DNA from: Dehalococcoidia bacterium
GTDB lineage: Bacteria; Chloroflexota; Dehalococcoidia; Bin125
Direction of reading: 5' to 3'
DNA: 64,000 nucleotides
NCBI GenBank assembly: GCA_963663235.2
Contig: CAXXNO010000004.1
Coordinates: 132,515 to 196,514, forward strand
The notes beneath the pieces are model-generated. The model was not told where the DNA came from. It did not search any database and saw only the letters and a program-made list of their open reading frames with translations. Below are positions 62,554 through 64,000 of this stretch, in pieces. Each line of letters starts with the position of its first letter. The first letter of the stretch is position 1. The translations under genes were made by a program, and so were the position numbers.

Positions 62554-63170
62554 GTAAACACGCGACTCCGAACGTCAGGATCGATGCGACGCACCTGGGC
62601 GACATCGCCGCCCGTGGTGCGGCGCGCGCGGCGGAACAGTTGACGGAGATGCTGGGCCGTCCGATCTCGGTCGAAGCGACTGGGATGCACTACGGGGACA
62701 GCGCGCGGCTGATGCCGCTGGTGGGGGGAGCGGATGCCGCGGTAACGGCCGTGTATCTGGCCATGGGGGACGAGATCCGGGGCCACATCATGCTGCTGTT
62801 CACCGTGGAGCAGGCGCACCAGTTGGTGGATCAGCTCTTGGAGCAGGAACCGGGGACCACCAAGTTTCTGGACCCGATGGCGGAGTCCGCGCTGGGCGAA
62901 GTGGGGAGCATCACGAGCGCGGCGTTCTTGAACGAACTGGGCGACGCCGCCGGGATCCAGATCCATCCGTCGCCGCCGACGGTGGTGGTGGACCTCGCGG
63001 GAGCGTTGGTGGACTCCGTGTTGACGGAGATCAGCCAGCTGGGCGGGGAGTTGTTGGTGGTGGAGACGGGCTTTCGCCAAGGGGACACGCGGATCGATGG
63101 CTTCATCTTGCTCACGCCGGAGCCGAGCTCGCTCAGGCTGCTGTTGGAGCGCCTGCGGAAGGCGGTATGA
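62550..63170 (+). CDS. cheC: CheC-family protein (CheY-P phosphatase family; motifs partly degenerate)
   Basis: ATGA overlap with cheA. It has the two-repeat CheC layout, with AESALGEVGSITSAAFLNELGD in the second repeat. It sits upstream of cheD, as in Firmicutes. Confidence 0.8.
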   Translation: MSKHATPNVRIDATHLGDIAARGAARAAEQLTEMLGRPISVEATGMHYGDSARLMPLVGGADAAVTAVYLAMGDEIRGHIMLLFTVEQAHQLVDQLLEQEPGTTKFLDPMAESALGEVGSITSAAFLNELGDAAGIQIHPSPPTVVVDLAGALVDSVLTEISQLGGELLVVETGFRQGDTRIDGFILLTPEPSSLRLLLERLRKAV

Positions 63171-63670
63171 GCACCGAAGTGGAGCGAACGCTTGCGGTCG
63201 GCATCGGCGATTTGGTGGTCACGTCCGATCCGGATGTGGTGTTGGTGGCGCACGGCCTGGGGTCGTGTGTGGCGGTGATCGGGCACTGCCGCAAACCGCT
63301 GGTGGGGGGAATGCTGCACGTGATGTTGCCCAACTCCAGCGATCATCAAGACCAGAGCAACCTCACCCGGTACGCGGATACGGGGATCGCGGAGCTGGTG
63401 GCGCGCCTGAAGGCCGCGGGCGCCGATCCGCGCCGTGCGGCGTTCAAGCTGGTGGGGGGCGCGGCGGTCCTCAGCGTGGCGAAGGGCCACGGCGGCCGGT
63501 TCCGTGTGGGATCGCGCAACGCCGAGGCGTCGCAGGCGATGTTGCGCGAGCTGGGGCTGCGGGTGCAGGCCGAGGACCTGGGTGGCAAGCGCGGCCGGAC
63601 GGTGGAGTTTGCGGTTGGGGCGGGACGGGTGATGGTGCGCAAACTCGGCGAAGCGACGACCGAACTGTAG
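63167..63670 (+). CDS. cheD: chemoreceptor glutamine deamidase CheD
   Basis: VGIGDLVVTSDPDVVLVAHGLGSCVAVIGH..GGMLHVMLP are canonical CheD motifs. ATGA overlap with cheC. Confidence 0.9.
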   Translation: MSTEVERTLAVGIGDLVVTSDPDVVLVAHGLGSCVAVIGHCRKPLVGGMLHVMLPNSSDHQDQSNLTRYADTGIAELVARLKAAGADPRRAAFKLVGGAAVLSVAKGHGGRFRVGSRNAEASQAMLRELGLRVQAEDLGGKRGRTVEFAVGAGRVMVRKLGEATTEL

Positions 63671-63691
63671 GTCGGTGAAGAGAGATCCACG

Positions 63692-64000
63692 ATGCCAACT
63701 ATCCTTGTCGTCGACGACGCGGCCTTCATGCGGAAGCGCTGCGCGAAGTTCTTGCAAGAGCGTGGCTACGACGTCCTGGAGGCTGACAACGGCCTCAAGG
63801 CGCTGGAGATGTACAAGGAGGCGCGCCCGGACGGCGTCCTGCTGGACATCACCATGCCCGAGATGGATGGGCTGTCGGCGCTGAAGGCGCTGCGGGAGAT
63901 TGACCCGAATGTGCGGGTGGCGATGGTCACCGCCATGGGACAGCAATCGATCATCATGGACGCGATCAAGAACGGCGCGCGCGACTTTGTGGTCAAGCCG
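63692..64000 (+). CDS. cheY: CheY-like single-domain response regulator (3' end beyond window)
   Basis: ATG 63692 opens MPTILVVDDAAFMRKRCAKFLQERGYDVLEADNGLKALEMYKEARPDGVLLDITMPEMDGLSALKALREIDPNVRVAMVTAMGQQSIIMDAIKNGARDFVVKP. The frame stays open to the window edge, so it is absent from the ORF track. Confidence 0.9.
   Translation, partial: MPTILVVDDAAFMRKRCAKFLQERGYDVLEADNGLKALEMYKEARPDGVLLDITMPEMDGLSALKALREIDPNVRVAMVTAMGQQSIIMDAIKNGARDFVVKP

Overview
GC-rich bacterial chromosomal segment; G+C looks like about two-thirds by eye. Long Arg/Pro/Ala-rich shadow ORFs lie opposite or out of frame with the real genes. Sortase-type LPXTG signals, lipoboxes and a Firmicutes/Clostridia-like flagellar gene order suggest a monoderm-type high-GC lineage such as Chloroflexota/Thermomicrobia; that placement is inference only. 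The window has three zones. (1) 1-3.5 kb is a decayed stretch: a secreted-protein pseudogene, a frameshifted conserved hypothetical gene, an XRE fragment, and about 1.3 kb without a convincing ORF. (2) 3.5-42.5 kb is mostly metabolic and envelope genes. It holds 3-hydroxyacyl-CoA dehydrogenase, two tandem phosphohexomutases, two amidase-signature enzymes, ilvD, thyX, an OmpR/HK/lipoprotein operon, an S8 protease, a rhomboid, an HtrA-like protease and cobD plus a cobC-like gene. Composite hairpin repeats (REP/MITE-like) are scattered through it and bracket a higBA toxin-antitoxin pair. (3) 43-64 kb starts with small zinc-ribbon ORFs and an orphan NarL-type regulator. A flagellar/chemotaxis super-operon follows: flbD-motAB-fliLMN-fliOPQR-flhB...flgFG-flgMN-flgKL-fliW-cheA-cheC-cheD-cheY. 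The most notable observations: (a) an in-frame flhB'-'fliA chimeric ORF that implies loss of flhA/flhF/flhG; (b) flgK split by a frameshift in a G8 run; (c) a sortase-anchored RskA-like protein translationally coupled to the rod genes; (d) an exact 11-bp tandem duplication that removes the membrane anchor of a cupredoxin; (e) a hidden GatC/AtzG-like 67-codon ORF coupled to an amidase; (f) nearly identical ~270-bp composite repeats on both sides of higBA. All functional calls come from motif recognition by eye. No searches were run.
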